Of a DNA stretch of 32,000 bases, positions 9,572 through 18,271 are shown one piece after another. Both the position numbers and the translations under genes were made by a program. The notes under the pieces were generated by a model. That model had not been told where the DNA came from. It did not search any database and saw only the letters and a list, made by a program, of their open reading frames with translations. Positions within the stretch are counted from its first letter, which is position 1; each line of letters opens with the position of its first letter. Where the stretch lies: positions 65,447 through 97,446 of the forward strand of contig NETF01000173.1 of the NCBI GenBank assembly GCA_002172675.1, written 5' to 3'. This DNA comes from an unicellular cyanobacterium SU3. GTDB taxonomy: Bacteria > Cyanobacteriota > Cyanobacteriia > Cyanobacteriales > Microcystaceae.

Positions 9572-9882
9572 TCATCTGTTTGAGTTTCTTCTTGTTTCTT
9601 TTGATAGTCTATAATTCCTTGACGAAACCCCAAAGCAACTAAAATATTAGACAAAGTTAAAAAAGATTCTGCACTACCATGTAACCAATCAATATTAGCT
9701 AATACTTCGCCATACTGAACTTTAGCATAAATTCCAGCAGGAATGGTAACAGCTACAAATACTAATAAAACATAAAACCCAATTAATGCTAAACGAGGGG
9801 TTTCTTGGGAACGAGTAAGAAACCATAAAAATCCTAAATAGGGAAATAAAGAAACTGCAAAAAGATTATCTTTAGAAAACAT
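9568..9882 (-). CDS. Small conserved membrane protein (DUF3593-like)
   Basis: 104 aa with three hydrophobic segments. LFPYLGFLWFLTRS...PRLALIGFYVLLVFVAVTIPAGIYAK...DWLHGSAESFLTLSNILV resembles the cyanobacterial/plastid-lineage DUF3593 family, from memory. Its stop overlaps the Uma2 stop (TTAA at 9568-9571). Confidence 0.55.
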   Translation of the reverse strand: MFSKDNLFAVSLFPYLGFLWFLTRSQETPRLALIGFYVLLVFVAVTIPAGIYAKVQYGEVLANIDWLHGSAESFLTLSNILVALGFRQGIIDYQKKQEETQTDD

Positions 9883-9934
9883 CTAAAATGTAACGATAAG
9901 GAACAATTTTTAGTGTATCACATCTCCATTCTAT

Positions 9935-10606
9935 TTAACTGTTGATCCAGCTTTTTATTGCTGCGATCGCAAATGCACCAACTGGATTATCTAATGCTTT
10001 TTCTAATGCGGCAAGTCCCCCGTCTTTTGCAGCAGTAATGAGTTTATATTTTAAAGTAGGATTATTTTCTATGATTTCTATGGTTTTGATGCCTTGGGTT
10101 GTAGTATTGTTGGGATAGTCTTGAGCAACTTGTTGATAAATCGTTTGTATTTCGGTGATAGCTTCAGTTAGGTTTTGAGAATTATAGTTATAGGTTGTAT
10201 TTTTGTTTCCTGCGACGTTATCACCACTACCAGAATGGGTTTGATTAATGTTTCCTTGGGACATTGCTTTTGCCTCTACATGAATGGGTTTACTTGCTAA
10301 TTGTTTGATGATATCTAATAATTCTCTATTTTGTTGATTATTGTTTGTTATTTGAGTTGGGTTAGGGTTTATTTCTTGAATAATTTCTAGTAAAGCATAG
10401 GTGAGTCTATTTCTCTCTCTTCTAATATCTTCAGAGGATAAAATATTTAGGCGATCGCTTTTTTGTAATTGTTTTAAACTGGCAGCATGAAGGATGATTT
10501 CGTTATGATAACGAGTGTTTTCTGTTATTTGTATAAGTTGAATAATTGCAGTTTCTAAATCTCCTTGTTGGATGATGTTTTGAATATTAGTCAGTTGAGG
10601 TTTCAT
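9935..10606 (-). CDS. Two-module hypothetical protein: N-terminal helical adaptor-like domain + G/N/S/T-rich linker + conserved cyanobacterial C-terminal helical tail
   Basis: 223 aa. The start ATG overlaps the upstream stop (ATGA at 10603-10606). The N-terminus (aa 5-79) aligns with the N-terminus of the 453-aa ABC protein. The C-terminal ...NLTEAITEIQTIYQQVAQDYPNNTT...IENNPTLKYKLITAAKDGGLAALEKALDNPVGAFAIAAIKSW is a tail I recall at the ends of many cyanobacterial multidomain (e.g. pentapeptide-repeat) proteins. Confidence 0.6.
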   Translation of the reverse strand: MKPQLTNIQNIIQQGDLETAIIQLIQITENTRYHNEIILHAASLKQLQKSDRLNILSSEDIRRERNRLTYALLEIIQEINPNPTQITNNNQQNRELLDIIKQLASKPIHVEAKAMSQGNINQTHSGSGDNVAGNKNTTYNYNSQNLTEAITEIQTIYQQVAQDYPNNTTTQGIKTIEIIENNPTLKYKLITAAKDGGLAALEKALDNPVGAFAIAAIKSWINS

Positions 10607-12249
10607 TTTTCTTTTGGGAGTGATAAATGTTTAATTAATATATGTTTTATATAAGGGAATGTCAGTATATAGGCTATAGTTAGTATTAGAAAATATGTTG
10701 TGTAAAATAAATAATTTTTTTCAAATATAAATTGACCAGCAGCATTTCCAGAATATAATTCTCTTGTAATGTATATGTTAGGTGGCTGACAAGATAGTGT
10801 TGTACCATAAACCATATTCATATTGCTATTTTTCTGTAACCATAATATAATTGGAATGGGAAAAACTGCAATTATCATTTCAATTAATATTAGATTTACT
10901 ATTAAAATTATTTTGTTAAACACATACTTTTTTTGTTTTCTACTTAAATAAAATAAAAACAAAAGTAACAATAAAATAATCATGAAATAACTGGTTAATA
11001 AAATTTGTTGATTAATTAAATTTTCAACAATCTCATTTAAAATGTTTTTCCCAATAAAGACCAAAATAGGTTTAGTTAAAATTAATAATAAAAAAGCTGG
11101 AATAAATATTAAAAACATCTCTAATGAGAAATATCTAAAATATAAACAAAACCAAAATATGATAATACTAAACACTATACTTAAAAAAATAAATGATGAA
11201 TAAAAGTAGCCTAAAATTATATCATTGAAATTGAATTTGTCTTTATAAATTTGCTCAAAATAATTGTTGCATATTTCAATTGCCATTGTTAACCAGGTAT
11301 CAACTTGTTTTTTTGATTTTATTGTCTTTCCTGTATATTTATTAATCAAAGAAAATAGATTATTATATTGTCTAGAAGCAAGAGACATTAAAATTTTTTG
11401 CTTTTTTATAGAATTATAAATATTATCCATCATTTCTTTTCCTTCATATTGAGAACAAATAGGATATAGAATTTGTGTTAAAAAAGGAGATGTCAAAAAC
11501 GTTAAGAGTTTACAATCTTCAATATTATTTTCACAACTAAAATTTGTAGTGCTTTCTAAAAAATTATTTAGGAAAAAGTAATTTTCATTAAAATTGATCC
11601 AATAACTATTAGCAATAATATTTTTTTTTATTTCTTTCGATCTTATATCAAATTTCAATTGATTGACAAATCGATAATTATAATCTAATATGTTTTCATG
11701 TGCCTTTTTTTCAAATAAAAACTGTTTTTCTTTTCCTGCTTCCCTTAATGAATCCAATTGTAGTTTTTCCATATTTAATAACTTTAAAATAACTAAATCT
11801 GAAGTTACTTCAAATTCATCAATAGGATAAGTTATCATTCTTATTTTAGTAACCGTGGAAAATATTACCGCAGGTGAAGCAAGAATAATCAAACAAAGTA
11901 AATATCCAAAAATATCAAATAACCAACCTTTCTTAAAATCAACTTTACCAAATTGTTTCTCAGGATTGTAAGCAATATTATAATAAAATTGTAGAATTAC
12001 CCAACCTATAATTCCTATACTATTAATAGCAAAGAAAACTTGTCCTAATTGAATTAATGTAGTGGTATGATATAGCTTAAAACGATAAAAACAAAGACCA
12101 ATTAATAATAATAAATTAACGATTCCTACATAATAACAAAGATAGTGAATTTTCAGCGTCCATAACCTCGGATGATTTAGTAAATAGTTTTGATCTATCC
12201 GTTGCAGGAAATTAGGATTAAGAGCTTTTTTAATAGATTTTAGTATCAT
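10603..12249 (-). CDS. Orphan polytopic membrane protein (~8 predicted TM segments split by a ~200-aa soluble insert)
   Basis: 548-aa uninterrupted ORF in ~20% G+C DNA. By-eye hydrophobic segments: 3 in aa ~30-135, 4 in aa ~345-475 and 1 near aa ~515-535. A K/N/E/F-rich soluble region spans aa ~135-345. I recognise no family signature. Confidence 0.65.
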   Translation of the reverse strand: MILKSIKKALNPNFLQRIDQNYLLNHPRLWTLKIHYLCYYVGIVNLLLLIGLCFYRFKLYHTTTLIQLGQVFFAINSIGIIGWVILQFYYNIAYNPEKQFGKVDFKKGWLFDIFGYLLCLIILASPAVIFSTVTKIRMITYPIDEFEVTSDLVILKLLNMEKLQLDSLREAGKEKQFLFEKKAHENILDYNYRFVNQLKFDIRSKEIKKNIIANSYWINFNENYFFLNNFLESTTNFSCENNIEDCKLLTFLTSPFLTQILYPICSQYEGKEMMDNIYNSIKKQKILMSLASRQYNNLFSLINKYTGKTIKSKKQVDTWLTMAIEICNNYFEQIYKDKFNFNDIILGYFYSSFIFLSIVFSIIIFWFCLYFRYFSLEMFLIFIPAFLLLILTKPILVFIGKNILNEIVENLINQQILLTSYFMIILLLLLFLFYLSRKQKKYVFNKIILIVNLILIEMIIAVFPIPIILWLQKNSNMNMVYGTTLSCQPPNIYITRELYSGNAAGQFIFEKNYLFYTTYFLILTIAYILTFPYIKHILIKHLSLPKEK

Positions 12250-12310
12250 AACTTAAGTAAGTAAAATTAATTATAAAATAGCGATCATAAGATAACAATC
12301 AAATTTTTTT

Positions 12311-12330
12311 CTCCTGACTCCTGACTCCTC
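12311..12330. repeat. Tandem heptamer CTCCTGA x2 plus CTCCTC in the ABC-to-membrane-gene spacer
   Basis: ctcctga ctcctga ctcctc read directly. On the coding (minus) strand this is GAGGAGTCAGGAGTCAGGAG followed by A7. Confidence 0.5.
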
Positions 12331-12339
12331 TCTTATTAC

Positions 12340-13701
12340 TTAACTCTCAAATAACTGACGAGTTGATTGACTAATATCTCTAAAATACTTAATAGAAACT
12401 TCATGATTTGCTAAAACTTCCAAAAATTCTGCACTGCTAACAGAAATAGGAACATAAAGAATAAAATTGCTACCAGATTCCTTAATCTTACTACAACCTA
12501 TTGGTTTCAACAGATTCATTAATAATTCTTGACTAACATCACAATTAATCTCATATATATTACAATTTCTATCCTTCTGAAACTCCGACATCAAACCATT
12601 ATATTTTGCTTCTCCATCCTTCAAAAAGATAATTTTATCTGCAATACTTTCTACCTCATATAAATGCTGTGAGCTAATAATTGCAGTTAATGGATCTTTC
12701 TGACTATTAAGAATACCTCTTAAATTTTGTAAAAATTTCCCTTGAGCATTAATATCTAAATTAGCTAATGGTTCATCAAAAACTAATAATTTTGGTTTCC
12801 AAACTAATGCTCTCGCTAAAGAAAAACGAGTTTTATAACCACTGGAAATCTCGTTCCATTTTGCTTGAGCATATTCTTCTAAACCTAACCGACTAATTAT
12901 CCAATCAACGTCATCAATATTATCTTGTCCTTTAATTCCGTTAATGGTTGCAGTAAAATGTAAATTAGTCATTAATGACCCATACCATTTCGGTAACTCT
13001 TGAGGAATATAAGCAATTTTTTGTTTAATCAAATACCAATCTTTTTTCTTATTTTTCATTAAAAGTGGATAAGTCAACTCTCCTTCACTAATAGCTAAAT
13101 CACCAGAAATTATCCGTAAAAGCGTTGTTTTACCGTTACCATTTTCTCCGACAACTGCCGTTATTTCTCCTAAATTTAATTCAATACTAATAGGAGATAA
13201 ACAAAAAATTACTCTTTTACTTTTATAAACTTTACTAATATTAATCCCTTTAACAACGGTTTGCGTTGTTTCTTCTTGTTTCCGTTTTTCCTTCAAAAAG
13301 TTCTCTTTTGCTATTTCATATTTAGTTCTAAAATCTTGAGAAGACTTTTGTTCTTGATTTTCTGAAGTATTATTTATAACTGATGTTTCAGAAATTGAAT
13401 TATTATAATCTAAATTACGTTGATTATATTCATCAATAATAGAATCCTTAAACTCTAAAATTTGTACTATTAACCTTCTAACTTCTAAATTATACTTATC
13501 ATACGCTATCACCCCTAAACGATTTTGATCATTTAAAAGTTTGTATTGATTGTTTATAACAATAACTTCTCTGCGTTTAGCACGATCAATAGAAAATTCT
13601 CTCTGAAAATCCATCAATTGCGTAGTAGCAGCATCTAAGTTATTATTAGTAATAAGTTCTTCAATTTCTTCTGATCTTGATAAAGGATCTTGAGCAGACA
13701 T
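12340..13701 (-). CDS. ABC transporter ATP-binding protein (ABC-2/DrrA-NatA-like NBD with C-terminal DUF4162-like domain) carrying an extra ~95-aa N-terminal helical domain
   Basis: Walker A GENGNGKTT, Q-loop IAYIPQE, divergent signature ISSGYKTRF, Walker B LLVFDEP, D-loop ANLD, H-switch SSQHL. The C-terminal ~80 aa ends ...STRQLFES. The NBD starts only at aa ~150, preceded by a helical domain (aa ~10-92) and an N/S/E/Q/K-rich linker. Confidence 0.85.
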   Translation of the reverse strand: MSAQDPLSRSEEIEELITNNNLDAATTQLMDFQREFSIDRAKRREVIVINNQYKLLNDQNRLGVIAYDKYNLEVRRLIVQILEFKDSIIDEYNQRNLDYNNSISETSVINNTSENQEQKSSQDFRTKYEIAKENFLKEKRKQEETTQTVVKGINISKVYKSKRVIFCLSPISIELNLGEITAVVGENGNGKTTLLRIISGDLAISEGELTYPLLMKNKKKDWYLIKQKIAYIPQELPKWYGSLMTNLHFTATINGIKGQDNIDDVDWIISRLGLEEYAQAKWNEISSGYKTRFSLARALVWKPKLLVFDEPLANLDINAQGKFLQNLRGILNSQKDPLTAIISSQHLYEVESIADKIIFLKDGEAKYNGLMSEFQKDRNCNIYEINCDVSQELLMNLLKPIGCSKIKESGSNFILYVPISVSSAEFLEVLANHEVSIKYFRDISQSTRQLFES

Positions 13702-13893
13702 CGTTAATTGTCAAGTCATAGAATAAGATACCAAGATCAGTATAATAACTTATTATAATTTTTGCTATTAAATTTTTTTACATTCTTTCTAGTTTCCATT
13801 CTCTTAAATAAAATATTGCATCTGGTCGTATTTTTAATTTTACCATTGTAGTTTATAATCAATTAAAACAACCGTAAAAGTAACGTTAAAAAT

Positions 13894-14295
13894 ATGCCTG
13901 ATATTGTTGATATTGCTGTAAATACAGAAGGGTTTGAAACCTTAGTCACTGCAGTAAAAGCTGCTAATTTAGTTGATGCTTTAAAAGGAGAAGGGCCTTT
14001 TACTGTTTTTGCACCCAATGATGATGCTTTTGCTAAACTTCCACCAGGAACTGTTCAAACCTTAGTTCAAAATATACCTCAATTAGCTCGTATTTTAACC
14101 TATCATGTGGTTCCAGGTAAACTAATGAAAGCTGATTTAGCTAAAGTTAATTCTGTTATTTCTTTAGAAGGTTCTCCCATTTCTATCGATTGTTCTGATA
14201 GTTTTGAAGTTAAAAATGCCACTGTACTTGCTGCTGATATTGAAGCAGATAATGGAGTCATTCACGTCATTGATAATGTTATCTTAATGGGATGA
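13894..14295 (+). CDS. Fasciclin (FAS1) domain protein
   Basis: [17 protein letters not shown]...[17 protein letters not shown]...[10 protein letters not shown]...[11 protein letters not shown] are classic FAS1 H1/H2/YH motifs. Confidence 0.9.
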   Translation: MPDIVDIAVNTEGFETLVTAVKAANLVDALKGEGPFTVFAPNDDAFAKLPPGTVQTLVQNIPQLARILTYHVVPGKLMKADLAKVNSVISLEGSPISIDCSDSFEVKNATVLAADIEADNGVIHVIDNVILMG

Positions 14296-14308
14296 TTTAC
14301 AAATATAA

Positions 14309-14632
14309 TTAGCAATAGCACCGAACATCTTGACCACATTCATCCGCTAAATAACATAACGCACGAAATCTTAAGGCAACAACCTCTTCATAGAAGGGGT
14401 TGAGTTTGCATAATGGGGGAATATGACCAATTTTACGACCAAAGAGATAAATATCTTGTTCAAATGGACATTGTACTGGAATCAGACGACACAAGAAATG
14501 TGCAGTGGACTCTTTTTTTATTTCTACGTTATTGAGATATTGACGGAGTGGTTGTAAGTAATCTTTAGCTTTACCTTGGTTAAATCCAATTTTACTGTTA
14601 TTAACTTGCTGATTGCTTGGAAAACAGACCAT
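14309..14632 (-). CDS. Mo-dependent nitrogenase C-terminal domain (Mo-nitro_C) family protein
   Basis: ...CRLIPVQCPFEQDIYLFGRKIGHIPPLCKLNPFYEEVVALRFRALCYLADECGQDV matches the conserved Cys-rich core of this family as I recall it. Confidence 0.7.
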   Translation of the reverse strand: MVCFPSNQQVNNSKIGFNQGKAKDYLQPLRQYLNNVEIKKESTAHFLCRLIPVQCPFEQDIYLFGRKIGHIPPLCKLNPFYEEVVALRFRALCYLADECGQDVRCYC

Positions 14633-14878
14633 AATGACCTCTTGATTAATTTCTATACTTCTAGTTTAGCTATAAGTTTTATGGATGACAATGGTTTTTA
14701 TATATAACTTTTTTTTATAAATGATAAGCTCTACTTACCTCATCAGAGGATTTTGCAGAAACCGACAATTATTAATACCTACAATAAAAACAGTCTTCTT
14801 AAAAGATTGTAAGAGTGCCAAAAAGTAGCACTGTAGCATGATAGGTTGAGCTTACAGAGTATCAGGGAAACCTCAACC

Positions 14879-17788
14879 ATGGCCGATCTCCTCATCTACT
14901 TTAAGCGTCCTTCCTCATGGGAACAAAGCATTAATCTTTATTATTGGGACACCCATCCCTCTTCTAACTCAGTATCTTGGCCAGGGGTTCCCATGACAGC
15001 AGAAGGGGATGACTGGTATAGCTGTTGCCTTTCAGGAGTCGATCAAGCTAGTTTAATCTTTAATGATGGCCAGATAAACCAAACGAGGGACTTACGACGA
15101 CAAGGAGATGGTTGGTACTTCAATAATAAATGGTACGATCGCAACCCTGAAACTCCCATCACTCCTTTGGTGGTTCATTTTAAACGCCCCACATCCTGGC
15201 AAAAAACCGTTAATATTTACTATTGGAATACCAGTCCCACCTCGCCAACCATTGAATGGCCAGGGGTTCCCATAACAGCAGACGGAAATGATTGGTATAG
15301 CTATCGTTTCCCAGAAGTAGACAAAGCCGATCTTATCTTTAATGATGGAAGTGGAAAACAAACCGATAACTTAACAAGGAATAGAGAAGGGTGGTTTTTT
15401 AAGGATAACTGGTACGACCAAAACCCCCAACGGCCTGCCATTCCCGTTATTACGGCCATGCCAAAAGGGGCAACCTATCAAGAGTCTCAGCGTGTTACGC
15501 TCTCTAGTAACAACGAAGACGACGCTATCTACTATACAACCGATGGCACAACACCCAGTATTCAATCTAACCTTTATCAGCAACCTATTCTGATCGAAAC
15601 TAGCACGACTTTGCGTTGTATTGGTCGTAACGCATTGGGAGAAATGGGGGCTATTTTTGAATTTATTTATACCATTGATCCTAACGCAGACTTCAGAAAA
15701 CCCACCATTACAGCGAGTGAAAACTCAGGAAACTATCAAGAAGCGATCTCCCCTCGTTTTACTATTACTGATCCCCGTGAAACCCCCATTATTGCTTACT
15801 ATAGCAGTGATGGAACTGAACCCACCACCAACAGTAATATTTATGTTCAAGGAAAGGCTATCAATGGCTTAACCGGTCCAAAAATGATCCTCGATAAGAC
15901 TACCAATGTAAGATTTTTGATCGTTGATGGTGCCGGCAATGAAACTTATGCAGACTTCTACTACAATGTAGGGGGTAAGGTAGAAGAGGGAGACTTTCGA
16001 GCAGAAACCATCTATTTTCTGATTACCACCCGATTTTATGATGGTGATCCCAGTAATAACTTTTTCTGCCGCGATCGCATTAAGTTTAACGCAGCAGGGA
16101 AAGCAGAAGATCCTCACTGGAGAGGGGATTTTAAAGGGTTAATTCAAAAATTAGACTATATCAAAGACTTAGGGTTTACCGCTATTTGGATTACCCCTCC
16201 CATCGAAAATAGAAGCGGTTTAGACTATCATGGCTATCATGGTTATGACTGGACAAAGATCGATCCTCGTTTAGAGTCTCCCGATGCAACCTATCAAGAT
16301 TTAATCAACGAGGCCCACGCAAGAGGCATAAAAATTATACAAGATGTAGTGGTTAACCATTCTTGTCAATACGGTATCAGGGGCAAAGTTTGGATCGATC
16401 ATCTCCCCATTAAATATTTTGTCCCCCAAGGATCACAACAGGGACAGGTTAATTACGGACCCTATCAAGGTAACTTAGGCAACTATCGAAGCGAGTTTAG
16501 AGAGGATAATGATAACCCTGTAGCCCCTGACTGGTTCAAAGAAAGACAAACCTCTGATGCTGATGGAGTCGTCCCCTTAGTTGATCCCCTGACTGGGGAA
16601 ACCGTTCCCAAAGAAGGGTATAACCCTAACCGCTTTTTTGGTATTGATGCTAATAATCTCGATCCTGAATGGTATCATCAAGACGGGTTTATGGCCGGAG
16701 GAGACTGGGAAAATGTTTCGATCCAGACTAAACATTTAGCCGGGGATACCATCGATCTGGCAACGAGACGAGACAATGTTAAAGATTACCTCATCAATGC
16801 CATTTGTCGCTATTTAGATATGGGAGTAGACGCTTTACGCATTGATACGGTTAAGCACGTTGAACGCAATAATTTACTAGAATATATCAACGCTTGGAAG
16901 GCCCATAAACCCAGTTTATTCGTGTTTGGGGAAAACCTGGTTAAAGGAACAGGATGGGGTGATTTATTTGGCGATGATAATGCACCCTCGTTTTTACGGC
17001 CTTGGTGGTACACTCGTCTAGGAGACGATCCCAAAGATCCCAACTCTGGGGGTGACTCTGGTTTTGCGGTGTTAGATTTTTCTCTATTTTCTACCTTTCG
17101 GGATAATGTCAGTCGGGGCAGTTTTAGCGGTATTGGGGCTATTTTAGCCAATGACTGGGTTTATGGAGATCCAACCACTTTAGTCACTTTTTTGCAAAAC
17201 CATGATGTGGGGCCTGATAATGACTTTCGCTTTCGTTTCCAAGGTAATACAGAATGGGCTGCCGCTGCTTATAATTTATTGTGGACGATCAGAGGTATTC
17301 CTTGTCTCTATTTTGGGGAAGAAATCGAATATATGAAGGGAAAACCCCAGGATATTATCGGCAATGATGATACGTTAGATGAAACAGGAAGGGCTTATTA
17401 CGGTCCTCATCTCGAAGAAGATACGATTCAAACCACCCAAAGTCATCCTCTTTATCAACATATTAAACGGTTAAATCTCATTCGTAGTCGTATTCCGGCC
17501 TTACAAAAAGGGGCTATGAGTCAGGTGAATGAGTGGGGAAATGCCATGAGTTTTGTTAGAGAAGATCAAGGCAGTAATAGTTATGTTGCGGTGGGTTTAA
17601 CCATTGGTAGTGAACAACAAATTACCCTTAATAATGTGAAAAATGGGTCTTATTCTGACGTAGTAACCGGCAATAAGATCGATGTAAATAATAATACCCT
17701 TTCTTTTCTGGTTAAGGCCAATTCAGCCGGCATTTATGTCTTGAATGGAGAGGGAAAAATAGGAGAAAATGGGTCTTATTTAACCTAA
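14879..17788 (+). CDS. GH13 alpha-amylase-family enzyme with 2 N-terminal CBM25/26-type starch-binding modules and 2 Fn3-associated/chitobiase-C-like modules
   Basis: I start it at ATG 14879 (MADLLIYFKRP); the track start at 14846 is a TTG. Two ~90-aa repeats share ~55% identity (LIYFKRPSSW..YYWDT..WPGVPMT..DDWYS..LIFNDG and VVHFKRPTSW..YYWNT..WPGVPIT..NDWYS..LIFNDG). Two modules carry (A)IYYTTDGTTP / AYYSSDGTEPT. The GH13 regions are DVVVNHS (I), GVDALRIDTVKHV (II), FVFGENL (III) and FLQNHD (IV). Confidence 0.9.
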   Translation: MADLLIYFKRPSSWEQSINLYYWDTHPSSNSVSWPGVPMTAEGDDWYSCCLSGVDQASLIFNDGQINQTRDLRRQGDGWYFNNKWYDRNPETPITPLVVHFKRPTSWQKTVNIYYWNTSPTSPTIEWPGVPITADGNDWYSYRFPEVDKADLIFNDGSGKQTDNLTRNREGWFFKDNWYDQNPQRPAIPVITAMPKGATYQESQRVTLSSNNEDDAIYYTTDGTTPSIQSNLYQQPILIETSTTLRCIGRNALGEMGAIFEFIYTIDPNADFRKPTITASENSGNYQEAISPRFTITDPRETPIIAYYSSDGTEPTTNSNIYVQGKAINGLTGPKMILDKTTNVRFLIVDGAGNETYADFYYNVGGKVEEGDFRAETIYFLITTRFYDGDPSNNFFCRDRIKFNAAGKAEDPHWRGDFKGLIQKLDYIKDLGFTAIWITPPIENRSGLDYHGYHGYDWTKIDPRLESPDATYQDLINEAHARGIKIIQDVVVNHSCQYGIRGKVWIDHLPIKYFVPQGSQQGQVNYGPYQGNLGNYRSEFREDNDNPVAPDWFKERQTSDADGVVPLVDPLTGETVPKEGYNPNRFFGIDANNLDPEWYHQDGFMAGGDWENVSIQTKHLAGDTIDLATRRDNVKDYLINAICRYLDMGVDALRIDTVKHVERNNLLEYINAWKAHKPSLFVFGENLVKGTGWGDLFGDDNAPSFLRPWWYTRLGDDPKDPNSGGDSGFAVLDFSLFSTFRDNVSRGSFSGIGAILANDWVYGDPTTLVTFLQNHDVGPDNDFRFRFQGNTEWAAAAYNLLWTIRGIPCLYFGEEIEYMKGKPQDIIGNDDTLDETGRAYYGPHLEEDTIQTTQSHPLYQHIKRLNLIRSRIPALQKGAMSQVNEWGNAMSFVREDQGSNSYVAVGLTIGSEQQITLNNVKNGSYSDVVTGNKIDVNNNTLSFLVKANSAGIYVLNGEGKIGENGSYLT

Positions 17789-17880
17789 GTTCGTTATAAT
17801 AGAAGTAGTGGAGGACTTAGAGAGAGCAAAGTCCTTCTAGGTGTTCCCCCAGTTGCTAATTAATTGATGAGGAAAAGAAA

Positions 17881-18177
17881 ATGTTAGAAACCCTAAGAAA
17901 AGCCTATCATAATAATCCTAATCGAGCGATGGCCATTGGACTGGGGGCTTTAGTTGTTACTCCTGTGGTTCTTCCTTTACTCAAACCGGCGGCCAAAGCG
18001 ACAGTTAAAACCGGTGTTATTCTCTACGAAAAAACAAAAGGAACCCTAGCAGAAGCAGGAGAAATGATGGCTGATCTCGTGGCAGAAGCTAAAGCAGAAG
18101 TGATTGCAGAACAAGCTGAAAAGACATCCCTAATGGCTTCTAGTTCTGAAAGCCAGAACGAAAGTTCAGTAAGCTGA
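17881..18177 (+). CDS. DUF5132-like small protein (one hydrophobic segment, then an amphipathic A/E/K helix)
   Basis: 98 aa. AIGLGALVVTPVVLPLLKPAAKATVKTGVILYEKTKGTLAEAGEMMADLVAEAKAE resembles DUF5132, from memory. Confidence 0.55.
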   Translation: MLETLRKAYHNNPNRAMAIGLGALVVTPVVLPLLKPAAKATVKTGVILYEKTKGTLAEAGEMMADLVAEAKAEVIAEQAEKTSLMASSSESQNESSVS

Positions 18178-18271
18178 GTTACAGTGCTACGCACAAGGCA
18201 AGAGGCAAAAGTAAGTTAATATCTTACCCTTGATGCGTAGTGCTATAGAAGTGAGAAATTGAATGTACACG

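Noticed and set aside
12311-12330. CTCCTGA heptamer tandem as a possible regulatory or standby ribosome site between the ABC and membrane genes
   Set aside because: There are only 2.9 units. Similar GGAGTCA-type short tandem repeats are common filler in cyanobacterial intergenic DNA. I listed it as a repeat but assigned no function.
14846-14878. TTG start at 14846 for the GH13 gene
   Set aside because: The ATG at 14879 begins exactly at the first CBM repeat. The 11 extra residues add no signal peptide or motif. This remains uncertain.
15092-17151. Five short ORFs overlapping the GH13 gene (15092-15361, 15371-15583, 15621-15872, 15869-16117, 16810-17151)
   Set aside because: All lie inside a CDS with complete GH13 catalytic regions, either antisense or out of frame, and have no motifs.
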